A stretch of DNA of 64,000 nt from Cyclobacteriaceae bacterium. GTDB lineage: Bacteria; Bacteroidota; Bacteroidia; Cytophagales; Cyclobacteriaceae. Shown here one piece after another: positions 41,571-50,870 of this stretch. Under the pieces are notes generated by a model. It saw only the letters and a list, made by a program, of their open reading frames with translations. It did no database searches and had not been told where the DNA came from. The stretch is taken from contig JBGSTJ010000008.1 of assembly GCA_041736555.1 (NCBI GenBank), positions 62,084 through 126,083 of the forward strand. The letters run 5' to 3'. Made by a program: the position numbers and the translations under genes. Each line of letters begins with the position of its first letter. The stretch's first letter is position 1.

Positions 41571-42221
41571 ATGAAGTTGACAATTGTTGTATTGCTTTTA
41601 TTAAGTATCGGTGCTGGCGCACAGACTACCTTAAAAATAGCCAAGCTTAAATACGATGGCGGAGGCGACTGGTATGCCAATAAAACTGCACTGCCCAACC
41701 TGATAGAGTTTTGTAATAAAGAATTGGGAATGAACCTGAATCCGGAGGAAGAAATTGCTGAAGCCGGCAGTCCGGACTTATTTGATTACCCCTATATCTA
41801 TATGACCGGCCACGGGAATGTTGTCTTTTCGCAGGAGGAAGCTGCTAACCTTAGAAACTACCTGATCGGTGGTGGTTTTTTGCACATCGATGATAATTAT
41901 GGTCTCGATAAATTTATTCGCCTCGAACTAAAAAAGATCTTTCCTGAACTTGAATTGATCGAAGTACCCTTTACGCATTCCATCTATCACCAGAAATATA
42001 ATTTCCCGGGTGGTTTGCCAAAGATTCATGAGCATGATGGAAAACCTGCCCAGGGTCTGGGGCTTTTTTATGAAGGCCGGCTTATTGTTTATTACTCCTT
42101 TGAAAGTGACCTGGGCAATGGCTGGGAAGACAGACGCATCCACAACGACCCGGAAGAAAAGCGGCAACTTGCCCTGAAAATGGGGGCCAATATCCTCTCC
42201 TACTGTTTTACAAATTACTGA
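41571..42221 (+). CDS. DUF4159-like secreted protein
   Basis: Start moved to MKLTIVVLLLLSIGAGAQ. KLKYDGGGDWYANKTALPNLIEF matches my recollection of DUF4159. Confidence 0.68.
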   Translation: MKLTIVVLLLLSIGAGAQTTLKIAKLKYDGGGDWYANKTALPNLIEFCNKELGMNLNPEEEIAEAGSPDLFDYPYIYMTGHGNVVFSQEEAANLRNYLIGGGFLHIDDNYGLDKFIRLELKKIFPELELIEVPFTHSIYHQKYNFPGGLPKIHEHDGKPAQGLGLFYEGRLIVYYSFESDLGNGWEDRRIHNDPEEKRQLALKMGANILSYCFTNY

Positions 42222-42256
42222 TTAATAGTACGTTAACAACTTTCTACCGGCTTTGA

Positions 42257-42287
42257 TTTGCTTTGTATAACTAAGTTATTAGTTTTA
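42257..42287 (+). promoter_or_regulatory. candidate promoter with palindromic operator upstream of the blaI-like gene
   Basis: TTTG (42257-42260), palindrome ATAACT-A-AGTTAT (42267-42279), near-consensus -7 box TAGTTTTA (42280-42287). ATG at 42305. Confidence 0.3.
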
Positions 42288-42304
42288 CAACGTAATTGAT
42301 AGTT

Positions 42305-42676
42305 ATGAAAGAGTTAACGAAAGCCGAAGATCAAATCATGCAGGTTTTATGGAACCTTGAAAAAGGGTTTGTAAAAGATATCATTGATCAGTTGCCGGAA
42401 CCCAAGCCTGCCTACAATACGGTGTCCACGATTGTAAGAATTCTGGAGAAGAAAGGTTTTGTGGGTTATAAAGCGTTTGGTAAAACGCATGAGTACTTTC
42501 CGTTGATCGGCAAAGAAAAATATACACGGTTTTATCTTAACAATATGGTGAAAGGATACTTCGATGGCTCATTCCAAAATCTGGTTTCTTTTTTCGCAAA
42601 AGAAAATAAAATGGATGTGCAGGATATCGATCAGCTCATGAAAGAACTCGAACTTCTTAAAAACAAAAAGCCATGA
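42305..42676 (+). CDS. BlaI/MecI/CopY-family transcriptional repressor
   Basis: LTKAEDQIMQVLW...YNTVSTIVRILEKKGFV winged-helix pattern. 123 aa. Confidence 0.88.
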   Translation: MKELTKAEDQIMQVLWNLEKGFVKDIIDQLPEPKPAYNTVSTIVRILEKKGFVGYKAFGKTHEYFPLIGKEKYTRFYLNNMVKGYFDGSFQNLVSFFAKENKMDVQDIDQLMKELELLKNKKP

Positions 42677-44253
42677 TAACATTCATCAACTACCTGATTG
42701 AAGTAAACCTGGGGTTGGTCTTCTTTTATGCTATTTACTGGCTGTTATTGCAAAACGAAAACCAATTTGAGTTTAAGCGCATTTATCTGGTAGGCAGTTT
42801 GTGTGCTTCCCTCCTCTTTCCGGCCTTCACCATTGAATCGCAATCACTGGTACTGATTCCTTCCCTGAGTGAATCGATGCCAGCCCATTGGCTACCGGAA
42901 ATAACCGTTTATGGAGATGGACAAGCAGCTCCCGAACGCGTGATTGCTCCGACAAGCAAGTGGACCTGGATCACCTACGCTTACTTTACGGTTACTGCTA
43001 TCATCCTGCTCATTTTCATCATTCGGTTGGTTGCCATCGCCAGGCTTTACATAACCGCCACACGCTATGCATGGAAAAATTATACCGTGGCTGAATCTAC
43101 TAACGTAAAAGGTATCTTTTCTTTTTTTCAATTCATCTTCTTAAGCCCGGCAGAGAATTTAGATGAGCAAGAGAAGCTGGAAATTCTCCGGCACGAAGAA
43201 GTTCACATTCAAAAACTACATTCATTCGATATTCTCTTGATCCATGTTATCGGCATTGTGTGCTGGTTCAATCCGGTGATCAAGCGTTATAAAAAATCCC
43301 TGGTTCAGATTCATGAGTTTGAAGCCGATGCGCGCTCGGTGGAAGGTCGGGATGTGAACGAGTATTGCGGCTTGCTGGCGAAAGTTGCTTTACAATCCCA
43401 TGGGTATGTACTCGCCAATCATTTTACCAATTCCTTCACCTTAAAACGAATTACCATGATGAAAACCGTTAGAAAGAAAATAAAACAATGGAAGGTAGTT
43501 ACCGTATCGGTTACTGCTTTGCTGATCTTTTTTGCAGTGGCTTGCCAGGATCAGGTTATCAAGGAAATTAAATCCATAACGAAAGAATCAACGATGGTTG
43601 ATGAAGCTAGTTATGATAAGGAAGTTGTAACAATTATTAATACGTTAAAGGCCAATAATCCCGGTAAGGAGTATTTTGTCATGCAAATTCCAAAAAAAGA
43701 AGCTCAGGAGAAATTTAAAGAATTGGAATTGCAACATAAGAGTCAAGTGAAAGGTTTGGTTGCGAATATAGATGAGGATGGAAGTTTCTATGCCGTGTTT
43801 GAAAAAGGTGCAATGAGCAACCAACTTTCAGAATTAACTGCCAATGAAGATGGCGTGTACTCGATTGTTGATGAAACTTCAGAGCCTAAAGGTGGTATGA
43901 TTGAATTTTACAATCATGTTGCGAAGGAGATAAAATATCCAGCACAAGCAAGAAGCATGGGCGTAGAAGGTCGGGTATTTGTTGAGTTTATCGTGAACAA
44001 AGACGGGTCAATCACAAACACACAAGTTATTAAAGGCATAGGTGCCGGATGTGATGAAGAAGCAGCGCGGGTAGTTGCAGCCGCCAAACCCTGGCAACCT
44101 GCCAAAGTGAAAGGCCAGGTTGTAAAACAAAGAATGGTTATACCGATCATCTTTCAACTAGAAAATTCAACTAAAAAAGTTGAGTTGGGTCAGGCGCCAA
44201 AAAACACCATGGAAGAAATGGTGGTGGTGGGGCACGATAAGAAAAATGATTAA
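42673..44253 (+). CDS. M56 (BlaR1-like) peptidase-domain sensor fused to a TonB C-terminal domain
   Basis: 4-nt overlap with the blaI-like gene. TM helices, HEEVHIQKLH zinc motif, and C-terminal PKGG...YPAQARSMGVEGRVFVEFIVNKDGSI TonB-C fold. Confidence 0.85.
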   Translation: MITFINYLIEVNLGLVFFYAIYWLLLQNENQFEFKRIYLVGSLCASLLFPAFTIESQSLVLIPSLSESMPAHWLPEITVYGDGQAAPERVIAPTSKWTWITYAYFTVTAIILLIFIIRLVAIARLYITATRYAWKNYTVAESTNVKGIFSFFQFIFLSPAENLDEQEKLEILRHEEVHIQKLHSFDILLIHVIGIVCWFNPVIKRYKKSLVQIHEFEADARSVEGRDVNEYCGLLAKVALQSHGYVLANHFTNSFTLKRITMMKTVRKKIKQWKVVTVSVTALLIFFAVACQDQVIKEIKSITKESTMVDEASYDKEVVTIINTLKANNPGKEYFVMQIPKKEAQEKFKELELQHKSQVKGLVANIDEDGSFYAVFEKGAMSNQLSELTANEDGVYSIVDETSEPKGGMIEFYNHVAKEIKYPAQARSMGVEGRVFVEFIVNKDGSITNTQVIKGIGAGCDEEAARVVAAAKPWQPAKVKGQVVKQRMVIPIIFQLENSTKKVELGQAPKNTMEEMVVVGHDKKND

Positions 44254-44263
44254 TAAAAGAGAC

Positions 44264-44435
44264 GAGGCCGTCTCAAAAGTCCAATAAAATTTGAATGTCA
44301 TTCCGGCCCTGCCTGCTCCGCCAAATGGCGGATTCGGCAAAGGCAGGCCTGAGCCGGAATCTCATCATCCGTTAACAAACCGGGATCGTCAAGCCTGAGG
44401 CTTGACGATGACCGGACGACTTTTGAGACGGCCTC
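44264..44435. repeat. nested multi-hairpin intergenic element, copy 2 (with extra palindrome in hairpin-1 loop)
   Basis: Outer repeat GAGGCCGTCTCAAAAGT / ACTTTTGAGACGGCCTC. Hairpin 1 arms at 44300-44307 and 44353-44360 enclose CCTGCCT...CCGCC-aaat-GGCGG...AGGCAGG. Hairpin 2 (44385-44409) is identical to copy 1. Confidence 0.85.
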
Positions 44436-44469
44436 TCTTCCTTTTAAACTTATGATTTAAGTTTGTTAC

Positions 44470-45606
44470 TTAAATCCCACCCATCACCTCTTCCAACTTC
44501 TTATCTAACGCAGCACCCCGTAAATTCTTTGCGATTATCTTTCCTTCTTTGTCTACTAAAATAGAAAAGGGAATTGCACTGATGTTATAATCGGTAGCGG
44601 CCTTGGACTCGAAATATTTCAAATCTGAAACATGGGTCCAGGTCAGGCCATCTTCCGCAATAGCTTGCACCCAATCTTCTTTGTTTCTATCCAACGATAC
44701 GCCAAAAACCTCAAAACCTTTGTCTTTGAATTTGTTGTAGGCCATTACTACGTTTGGATTCTCCCTGCGGCACGGTCCGCACCACTTCGCCCAGAAATCA
44801 ATCAACACAAATTTTCCACGCAGGGAAGATAACTTGATCACCTGACCATCAGGATTGGGCAACTCAATCTCCGGTGCAACCTGGCCAACAGCCGTTACCT
44901 TCATCTTTTCTACATATTGAACAAACTCCTTTCCATATTTATAGTCGGGCCATTCTTTTTTGAATTTATCGGCTGCCGTTGTATAAACATCAAAATATTT
45001 ATCCCGATCCAGTAAATTGTTTTGTTGCAGGAGTGTAATGAGGCCTAAAGAAGGCGGCTGATCGTTGATCATTGCCGCAACCTGGTCATATCCCCGATCC
45101 AGCATCTGCATGTATTCCGCTTGTATTTCTTTGATCCTCGTTTGATCATTGTTTTGAGATGCTTTGGCAAACTCTGCTTCGAGTTGTGAAATGAATGGCG
45201 AACTCTGAACATTATTCATCAAGGTTTGCACCTTAGTCAGCAATTCCTGGTCCGGGGATCCTTTTACTTCAAAAAATCCGGAAGGACTGTTGCCATCCAC
45301 AGTAACCTCTAAGTTGCTATGATCAAGGATAACGGTAAGAAATTGTTTGTCGTAAAAATTCAATTGATAATAGCCAGGTTCTGTCAACCGGATTTTCTTG
45401 GCGAAAGTATAATCCGCTTTTAATTGAATGGTATCCGCTGCTACCTCACCCTCATTCCTTAATTCTTTGATGGAGATTTGTCCCTTTTGTGGAAATCCTA
45501 CTTTGCCTTTAACGGTTATTTCCCAGCCTTTTTCTTCTTTACAACCAATTGTAAATATTGAAATCATTATTACCATCAACAACACCAACTTTTTCATATC
45601 ATTCAT
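44470..45606 (-). CDS. TlpA-family thiol:disulfide oxidoreductase lipoprotein
   Basis: Lipobox TIGC, an N-terminal beta-rich domain, and a C-terminal thioredoxin fold with WAKWCGPC. Confidence 0.85.
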   Translation of the reverse strand: MNDMKKLVLLMVIMISIFTIGCKEEKGWEITVKGKVGFPQKGQISIKELRNEGEVAADTIQLKADYTFAKKIRLTEPGYYQLNFYDKQFLTVILDHSNLEVTVDGNSPSGFFEVKGSPDQELLTKVQTLMNNVQSSPFISQLEAEFAKASQNNDQTRIKEIQAEYMQMLDRGYDQVAAMINDQPPSLGLITLLQQNNLLDRDKYFDVYTTAADKFKKEWPDYKYGKEFVQYVEKMKVTAVGQVAPEIELPNPDGQVIKLSSLRGKFVLIDFWAKWCGPCRRENPNVVMAYNKFKDKGFEVFGVSLDRNKEDWVQAIAEDGLTWTHVSDLKYFESKAATDYNISAIPFSILVDKEGKIIAKNLRGAALDKKLEEVMGGI

Positions 45607-45613
45607 TTATATG

Positions 45614-47065
45614 CTAACTCAATTTCTTTGCTAATAATTCACTTGTCAGTTTAGGATCGGCCTTGCCCTTCGTGCGCTTCATCACCTCGCCCATAAACAT
45701 AGTCAGGATGGCGGTCTTTCCCTTTTTATATTCTGCCACCTTCTGCGGAAAATCATTGATAACTTGCTCCACCACCGGCAATATCGAAGCTTCATTACTA
45801 TCCTGAATCAGGTTTAATTGCTGGGCTAATTGAAGTGGTGTTTGTTCAGGCGATTTAATTAACTCCGGAAATAACTTTTGTGAAGCAACAGCAAAATTCA
45901 ATTTACCTGCTTCTATGAGTGCAATCACTTGTGCCAACACATTTGGCGAAATGGGTATTTGATTTGCCGGTAGGTTGGTTTCATTCAAATAAGATTTGAT
46001 GGGGCCCATGATCCAGTTTGACACAGCCTTAAAATTAGTGGTATGGCAGCATACCTCTTCAAAATACAAAGCCATCTCTTTCGAATCGGTAAGCACCTGC
46101 GCGTCATACTCAGGCAACTTATACGTTGTGATTAATTTCTGTTTCAGCTCGCGAGGCAAAGCAGGCATTGACAATTTTATTTCATCAAGCCACGCATCAG
46201 AGACTATCAACGGACTTAGATCGGGGTCTGGAAAATAGCGATAGTCATTGAGTTCTTCCTTCGTGCGCATGCTATACGAGTAACCTGTGGCTACATCATA
46301 GGTCCGCGTTTCAGAGATAACCTGTTCTCCTTTTTCAAGCAGGTTAACCTGCCGCTCTACTTCGTGATCAATGGCCCGTTGCACATTGCGTATGGAGTTC
46401 ATGTTCTTTATCTCCACTTTCTTGCCATATTCAATAGCATCCTTCAGCATGATCGACACGTTTGCATCACAGCGCAAGGAACCTTCTTCCATATTGCCAT
46501 CGCAGATTTCAAGATAGCGGACTAATTTTCTTATCTCAGTCACGAAGGCAGATGCTTCCTCCGAACTTCTAAGCGCTGGCTCAGTTACAATCTCAATCAA
46601 GGGAACTCCGGAGCGGTTGAAGTCTAACAGCGTGTCTGCTTCATTGTCCAAATGAATAGATTTTCCGGCATCTTCTTCTATGTGGATTCGGTTCAACGGA
46701 ATTTGTTGATCACCCGTCTGGGTGGTGATGGTGATGTAGCCACCTTTACAAATTGGAGTTCTATCTTGTGTTAATTGATAGCCTTTGGGAAGATCGGGAT
46801 AGAAATAATTTTTGCGATCAAAAATCTGCCACCTAGAAATTTCCGAAAGACAGGCAATTCCCATTTTGATGGCATGCTCCACAACTTTCTTATTGAGTTT
46901 GGGCAATGTGCCCGGATGCGCGAGGGTAATTGCACTAAGATGCGTATTGGGCGCTCCGCCATACTTGGCAGAATCAGCATTATAGATTTTGCTTTTGGTA
47001 AGAAGTTGTGCGTGAACTTCAAGGCCAATAATTATTACATATTTATTTTGAACGGGTGAGTCCAT
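45614..47065 (-). CDS. gatB: Asp-tRNA(Asn)/Glu-tRNA(Gln) amidotransferase subunit B
   Basis: IGLEVHAQL N-terminus, RCDANVS, and a YqeY-like tail. The ATG overlaps the alaS stop (TAATG). Confidence 0.95.
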   Translation of the reverse strand: MDSPVQNKYVIIIGLEVHAQLLTKSKIYNADSAKYGGAPNTHLSAITLAHPGTLPKLNKKVVEHAIKMGIACLSEISRWQIFDRKNYFYPDLPKGYQLTQDRTPICKGGYITITTQTGDQQIPLNRIHIEEDAGKSIHLDNEADTLLDFNRSGVPLIEIVTEPALRSSEEASAFVTEIRKLVRYLEICDGNMEEGSLRCDANVSIMLKDAIEYGKKVEIKNMNSIRNVQRAIDHEVERQVNLLEKGEQVISETRTYDVATGYSYSMRTKEELNDYRYFPDPDLSPLIVSDAWLDEIKLSMPALPRELKQKLITTYKLPEYDAQVLTDSKEMALYFEEVCCHTTNFKAVSNWIMGPIKSYLNETNLPANQIPISPNVLAQVIALIEAGKLNFAVASQKLFPELIKSPEQTPLQLAQQLNLIQDSNEASILPVVEQVINDFPQKVAEYKKGKTAILTMFMGEVMKRTKGKADPKLTSELLAKKLS

Positions 47066-49734
47066 TAAACAAGATTGATCATTCCGCTCGCCTTCTTCAA
47101 CACGCTGTCAAGACCTTCCAGTTTTTTTCCTCCAGCCGTAGCAAAGAACGACTGACCACCACCACCGCCATCAATTTCTTTGGCTAATTCTTTCACCATG
47201 TTACCGGCATGAAATTTTTTCGAAGCTTCCAGTTTCTCCCCAATCATCACGGTTACTTGCGGTTTGCCCTCTACATCCGCGGCCAGGATCAACAACAAAT
47301 CGTCAAACTGATTACGCAAGGCATAGGCGATATTCTTAAGTGCATCAGCATTGGGCACGCTTACCTTTTCAGAAATTAGCGTGTGGCCATTTGATTTTAT
47401 TGCCTTACGGGCCAGCTCATCTTTCAACACGTTGGCTTGCTGCTGATAAACTATCTCAAGTTTCTTCTCCAGCGTATGCTTTTCTTCCATCAACGATTTT
47501 GCCGAAGCAAGAATGTCTTTGGGGTTTTTCAGGATTGATTTTACTTCGCTAAGCAGATTCAATCCTTCGTTAACATATTGCTCGGCACCCTCGGCTGTTA
47601 CAGCTTCAATCCTGCGCACCCCGGCCGCAACCGAACTTTCTGATACTATTTTAAACAATCCAATATTTCCGGTAAACGGTACATGCGTACCACCACAAAG
47701 TTCTACAGAAAATTTCGGGTCGAACGTAATCACGCGCACAAACTCACCGTACTTTTCGCCAAACAATGCCATGGCGCCAAGACTCTTTGCTTTTTCAATC
47801 GGCACATTTCGTTGCTCATTCAACTCAACGTTCTCACGTACTTTTTTATTAACGATGTCTTCTACTTTCTTTAATTCATCTTCCGTCATGGCGGCAAAGT
47901 GCGAGAAGTCGAAGCGTAAAATCTTTTCGTTGACCAGCGAGCCCTTTTGCTCTACATGTTTACCTAACACCTGACGCAATGCGGCATGCAGCAAATGCGT
48001 GGCCGAGTGATTGCTCATGGTAAGTCTGCGCTTGCTATCGTTTACCGATACAAAGAAGGTGGCTTCCTCGTTAGCCGGCAACGATTCAACGTAGTGAACA
48101 ATCAGTTCGTTTTCTTTTTTGGTATCAAGGATGAAAATTTTTTCATTGGCAGATTCCAGCACTCCGGTATCGCCCACCTGACCACCACTCTCGGCATAGA
48201 AAGGCGTTTTATCCAGCACAAGCTGAAATAACTCTTTATTCTTCTGCTTAACCTTTCTGAATTTTGTGATGCGGGATTCTGATTTCAAATGTTCATAGCC
48301 GATGAATTCTGTTTTCACATCATCGCCCACCAGCACCCAGTCTCCGGTTTCTTTAACCGCATCGGCTTTAGAGCGGGATTTTTGTTTGGCCATCTCCTCA
48401 TGAAATCCTTTTTCATCAACCGTAAATCCACGTTCGCGTGCGATTAAAGAAGTAAGGTCGAAGGGAAAACCGAAGGTATCGAAAAGTTCGAAGGCTTGTG
48501 TACCTGAAATAGTCTTGTCGATATTTTCAATGCGCTTTAAACCTTTTTCAAGTGTTCTCAAAAAAGAAATCTCTTCTTCATGAACCACCCGACTCACATA
48601 CTCCAACTGTTGTTGTAACTCTGGAAACACATCTTTAAATTGATTAGCCAGTACAGGCACCAACTTATGAAAGAAGGGTTCTTTGAAATTCAAATACGAA
48701 AATCCATAGCGCACAGCTCTTCGTAGGATTCTGCGAATCACATAGCCAGCTCCGGTATTAGAAGGCAACTGGCCATCAGCAATGGTAAACGCAACAGCGC
48801 GAATGTGATCGGCAATTACGCGAATGGCAATATCGGTTTTTACCTCACCCTGGCCCTCACCCCTAGCCCCTCTCCCCAAGGAGAGGGGAACAGTACCCGC
48901 ATATTTTACTCCAGCTTCTTTCGCAATAAAATTTATAAGCGGACTAAAAACATCCGTATCATAATTAGAAGTCTTCTTTTGGATGGCCATGCATAACCGC
49001 TCGAAACCCATGCCCGTGTCAACATGCTTATCGGGTAAAGGCTCCAGCGCTCCGGAAGCAAGCCGGTTAAATTGAATGAATACAAGATTCCAGATCTCCA
49101 CTATTTGCGGATGATCGCTGTTCACCAACTCGCGGCCACTCTTTTGTTTTACATCATCATCACTTCGCAAGTCGATATGAATCTCCGAACATGGCCCGCA
49201 GGGTCCCTGCTCACCCATCTCCCAAAAATTATCTTTCTTACTGCCGTGCAGGATTCGCTCTTCGCTAACAAATTGTTTCCACAATTCTTTGGCTTCTTCA
49301 TCTACCGGAAGGTTATCGGTTTTATCGCCACCAAACACGGTAACATATAATCTGTCTTTCGGAAGCTGGTAAACCTCGGTCAATAATTCCCACGCCCAGG
49401 CAATGGCGTCCTTCTTAAAGTAATCACCAAAGCTCCAGTTGCCGAGCATCTCGAACATGGTATGGTGATACGTATCTAACCCAACATCTTCCAGATCGTT
49501 GTGCTTACCACTTACACGAAGACATTTTTGTGTATCGGCAATGCGTTTGCTTTTTGGAATAGAGTTGCCCAAAAAGTTATCCTTAAACTGCACCATGCCC
49601 GAGTTGGTAAAGAGCAGAGACGGATCATTTTTTAGCACCAAAGGAGCTGAGGGGACTATTTTATGACCCTTATTTTCAAAAAAATCAAGGAATTTACGTC
49701 TGATTGTTGCTGAATCCATTAAATCTAAGCCCAT
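47065..49734 (-). CDS. alaS: alanine--tRNA ligase
   Basis: Class II motifs, the editing-domain HSATHLLH and CGGTHV motifs, and a C-terminal DHHA1 GGGG tail. An alternative start lies at 49719 (MDSATIRRKF). Confidence 0.95.
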   Translation of the reverse strand: MGLDLMDSATIRRKFLDFFENKGHKIVPSAPLVLKNDPSLLFTNSGMVQFKDNFLGNSIPKSKRIADTQKCLRVSGKHNDLEDVGLDTYHHTMFEMLGNWSFGDYFKKDAIAWAWELLTEVYQLPKDRLYVTVFGGDKTDNLPVDEEAKELWKQFVSEERILHGSKKDNFWEMGEQGPCGPCSEIHIDLRSDDDVKQKSGRELVNSDHPQIVEIWNLVFIQFNRLASGALEPLPDKHVDTGMGFERLCMAIQKKTSNYDTDVFSPLINFIAKEAGVKYAGTVPLSLGRGARGEGQGEVKTDIAIRVIADHIRAVAFTIADGQLPSNTGAGYVIRRILRRAVRYGFSYLNFKEPFFHKLVPVLANQFKDVFPELQQQLEYVSRVVHEEEISFLRTLEKGLKRIENIDKTISGTQAFELFDTFGFPFDLTSLIARERGFTVDEKGFHEEMAKQKSRSKADAVKETGDWVLVGDDVKTEFIGYEHLKSESRITKFRKVKQKNKELFQLVLDKTPFYAESGGQVGDTGVLESANEKIFILDTKKENELIVHYVESLPANEEATFFVSVNDSKRRLTMSNHSATHLLHAALRQVLGKHVEQKGSLVNEKILRFDFSHFAAMTEDELKKVEDIVNKKVRENVELNEQRNVPIEKAKSLGAMALFGEKYGEFVRVITFDPKFSVELCGGTHVPFTGNIGLFKIVSESSVAAGVRRIEAVTAEGAEQYVNEGLNLLSEVKSILKNPKDILASAKSLMEEKHTLEKKLEIVYQQQANVLKDELARKAIKSNGHTLISEKVSVPNADALKNIAYALRNQFDDLLLILAADVEGKPQVTVMIGEKLEASKKFHAGNMVKELAKEIDGGGGGQSFFATAGGKKLEGLDSVLKKASGMINLV
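48867..48888. repeat. GC-rich perfect hairpin inside the alaS coding sequence
   Basis: CCCCTCTCC-ccaa-GGAGAGGGG, within a stretch of about 70% G+C (48846-48888) that encodes VPLSLGRGARGEGQG. Confidence 0.7.
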
Positions 49735-49898
49735 ATTAACTTTTCACTCTAAGGTTTTTCTTTATATTTATGGGTTCTAAGCCCTGGTAATCAGCAAAAT
49801 TAAACCCCTTGGGGTCAATATGAAAGGAATCGATGAAAATCGATATGAGGCGGGTGAAGGTTTTTCGGGTGCTTACAACGTGTAAGTAATAGAAGTAA

Positions 49899-50870
49899 AT
49901 GGCCGATACTAAGTTTCATTATAACCCCAAGACACTCCGCTATGAGCGTGTGAAGATTTCTATCTTCAACATTATAATAACGGCCGTGAGTTATCTTGCC
50001 GTTGGGTGCATCTTTTTTATCGGACTTGTGCTCTTGCAAAATCTAATTATTGAAACACCTTCTGAAAAAAAATTACGGGCAGAGAACAAAGCCCTTGAGC
50101 ACCACAAGGTACTTCTTACTTCTCAATTATGGCAATCCAATCAACAATTGGCCGAGTTGAAGAAACAAGACATTGCACTCTATCAAAAATTATTTGAAAC
50201 CAAAGCACCTTCAGAATCATCTCCGGTTTATCCTGAACGGGAAGAACTACTCTTGGCGGGTACTTCCGATTTTAATGAATCCATCGAACAGTTGGGTCAA
50301 CGCTTTTCAGAACTCATACGATCTGCACAGCGGAGCAGTCAGCAGTTTGGTGCTGGTGTGCATGTTGATAAAGAGGACGTACCTCTGCTAACATCCATAC
50401 CCTCGGTTGCTCCGGTCGAAAATTTTGAAGTAGCCAAGTTGGTTTCTGGTTTTGGGGTCCGCATCAACCCTTTTCACAAAGGTCAATATCACCACGATGG
50501 CGTTGACATAGCTTCTCCCCGTGGAACACTTGTTTTAGCTACAGCACCGGGTCGCGTGATTCTTGTGAAGAAAAGTGATCTGGTGGCGGGGTATGGTAAC
50601 TATGTTGAGGTTGATCATGGAAACGGATACATAACACGTTACAGCCACCTGGAGGCTATTTCAATACGTGAAGGTCAGGCGGTAAAAAAGGGACAGGCAT
50701 TGGGATCGGTTGGTTCGAGTGGAGGTTCCATTGCTCCGCATCTTCATTATGAAATTATCTACGAAGGAAAAAATGTAGACCCGGTTAAATTTATTGTTAC
50801 CGGAATCGAAGCGAAACAATACGAGGTATTATTGAGTAACAGTAAAAAGCAAAACCAATCACTCGACTAA
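49899..50870 (+). CDS. M23-family metallopeptidase (membrane-anchored, coiled-coil)
   Basis: TM anchor, coiled coil, HHDGVDI and PHLHYEI zinc ligands. Confidence 0.85.
   Translation: MADTKFHYNPKTLRYERVKISIFNIIITAVSYLAVGCIFFIGLVLLQNLIIETPSEKKLRAENKALEHHKVLLTSQLWQSNQQLAELKKQDIALYQKLFETKAPSESSPVYPEREELLLAGTSDFNESIEQLGQRFSELIRSAQRSSQQFGAGVHVDKEDVPLLTSIPSVAPVENFEVAKLVSGFGVRINPFHKGQYHHDGVDIASPRGTLVLATAPGRVILVKKSDLVAGYGNYVEVDHGNGYITRYSHLEAISIREGQAVKKGQALGSVGSSGGSIAPHLHYEIIYEGKNVDPVKFIVTGIEAKQYEVLLSNSKKQNQSLD

Noticed and set aside
40371-44435. Interpreting the two elements as the ends of a composite transposon
   Set aside because: There is no transposase or integrase inside, the copies are direct repeats of an internally palindromic unit, and no target-site duplication is visible. 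The idea is kept only as a low-interest cassette hypothesis.
49804-49815. ACCCCTTGGGGT near-palindrome upstream of alaS
   Set aside because: It is not self-complementary as a duplex site, and as a hairpin it would have a 2-nt loop. No second copy was seen.
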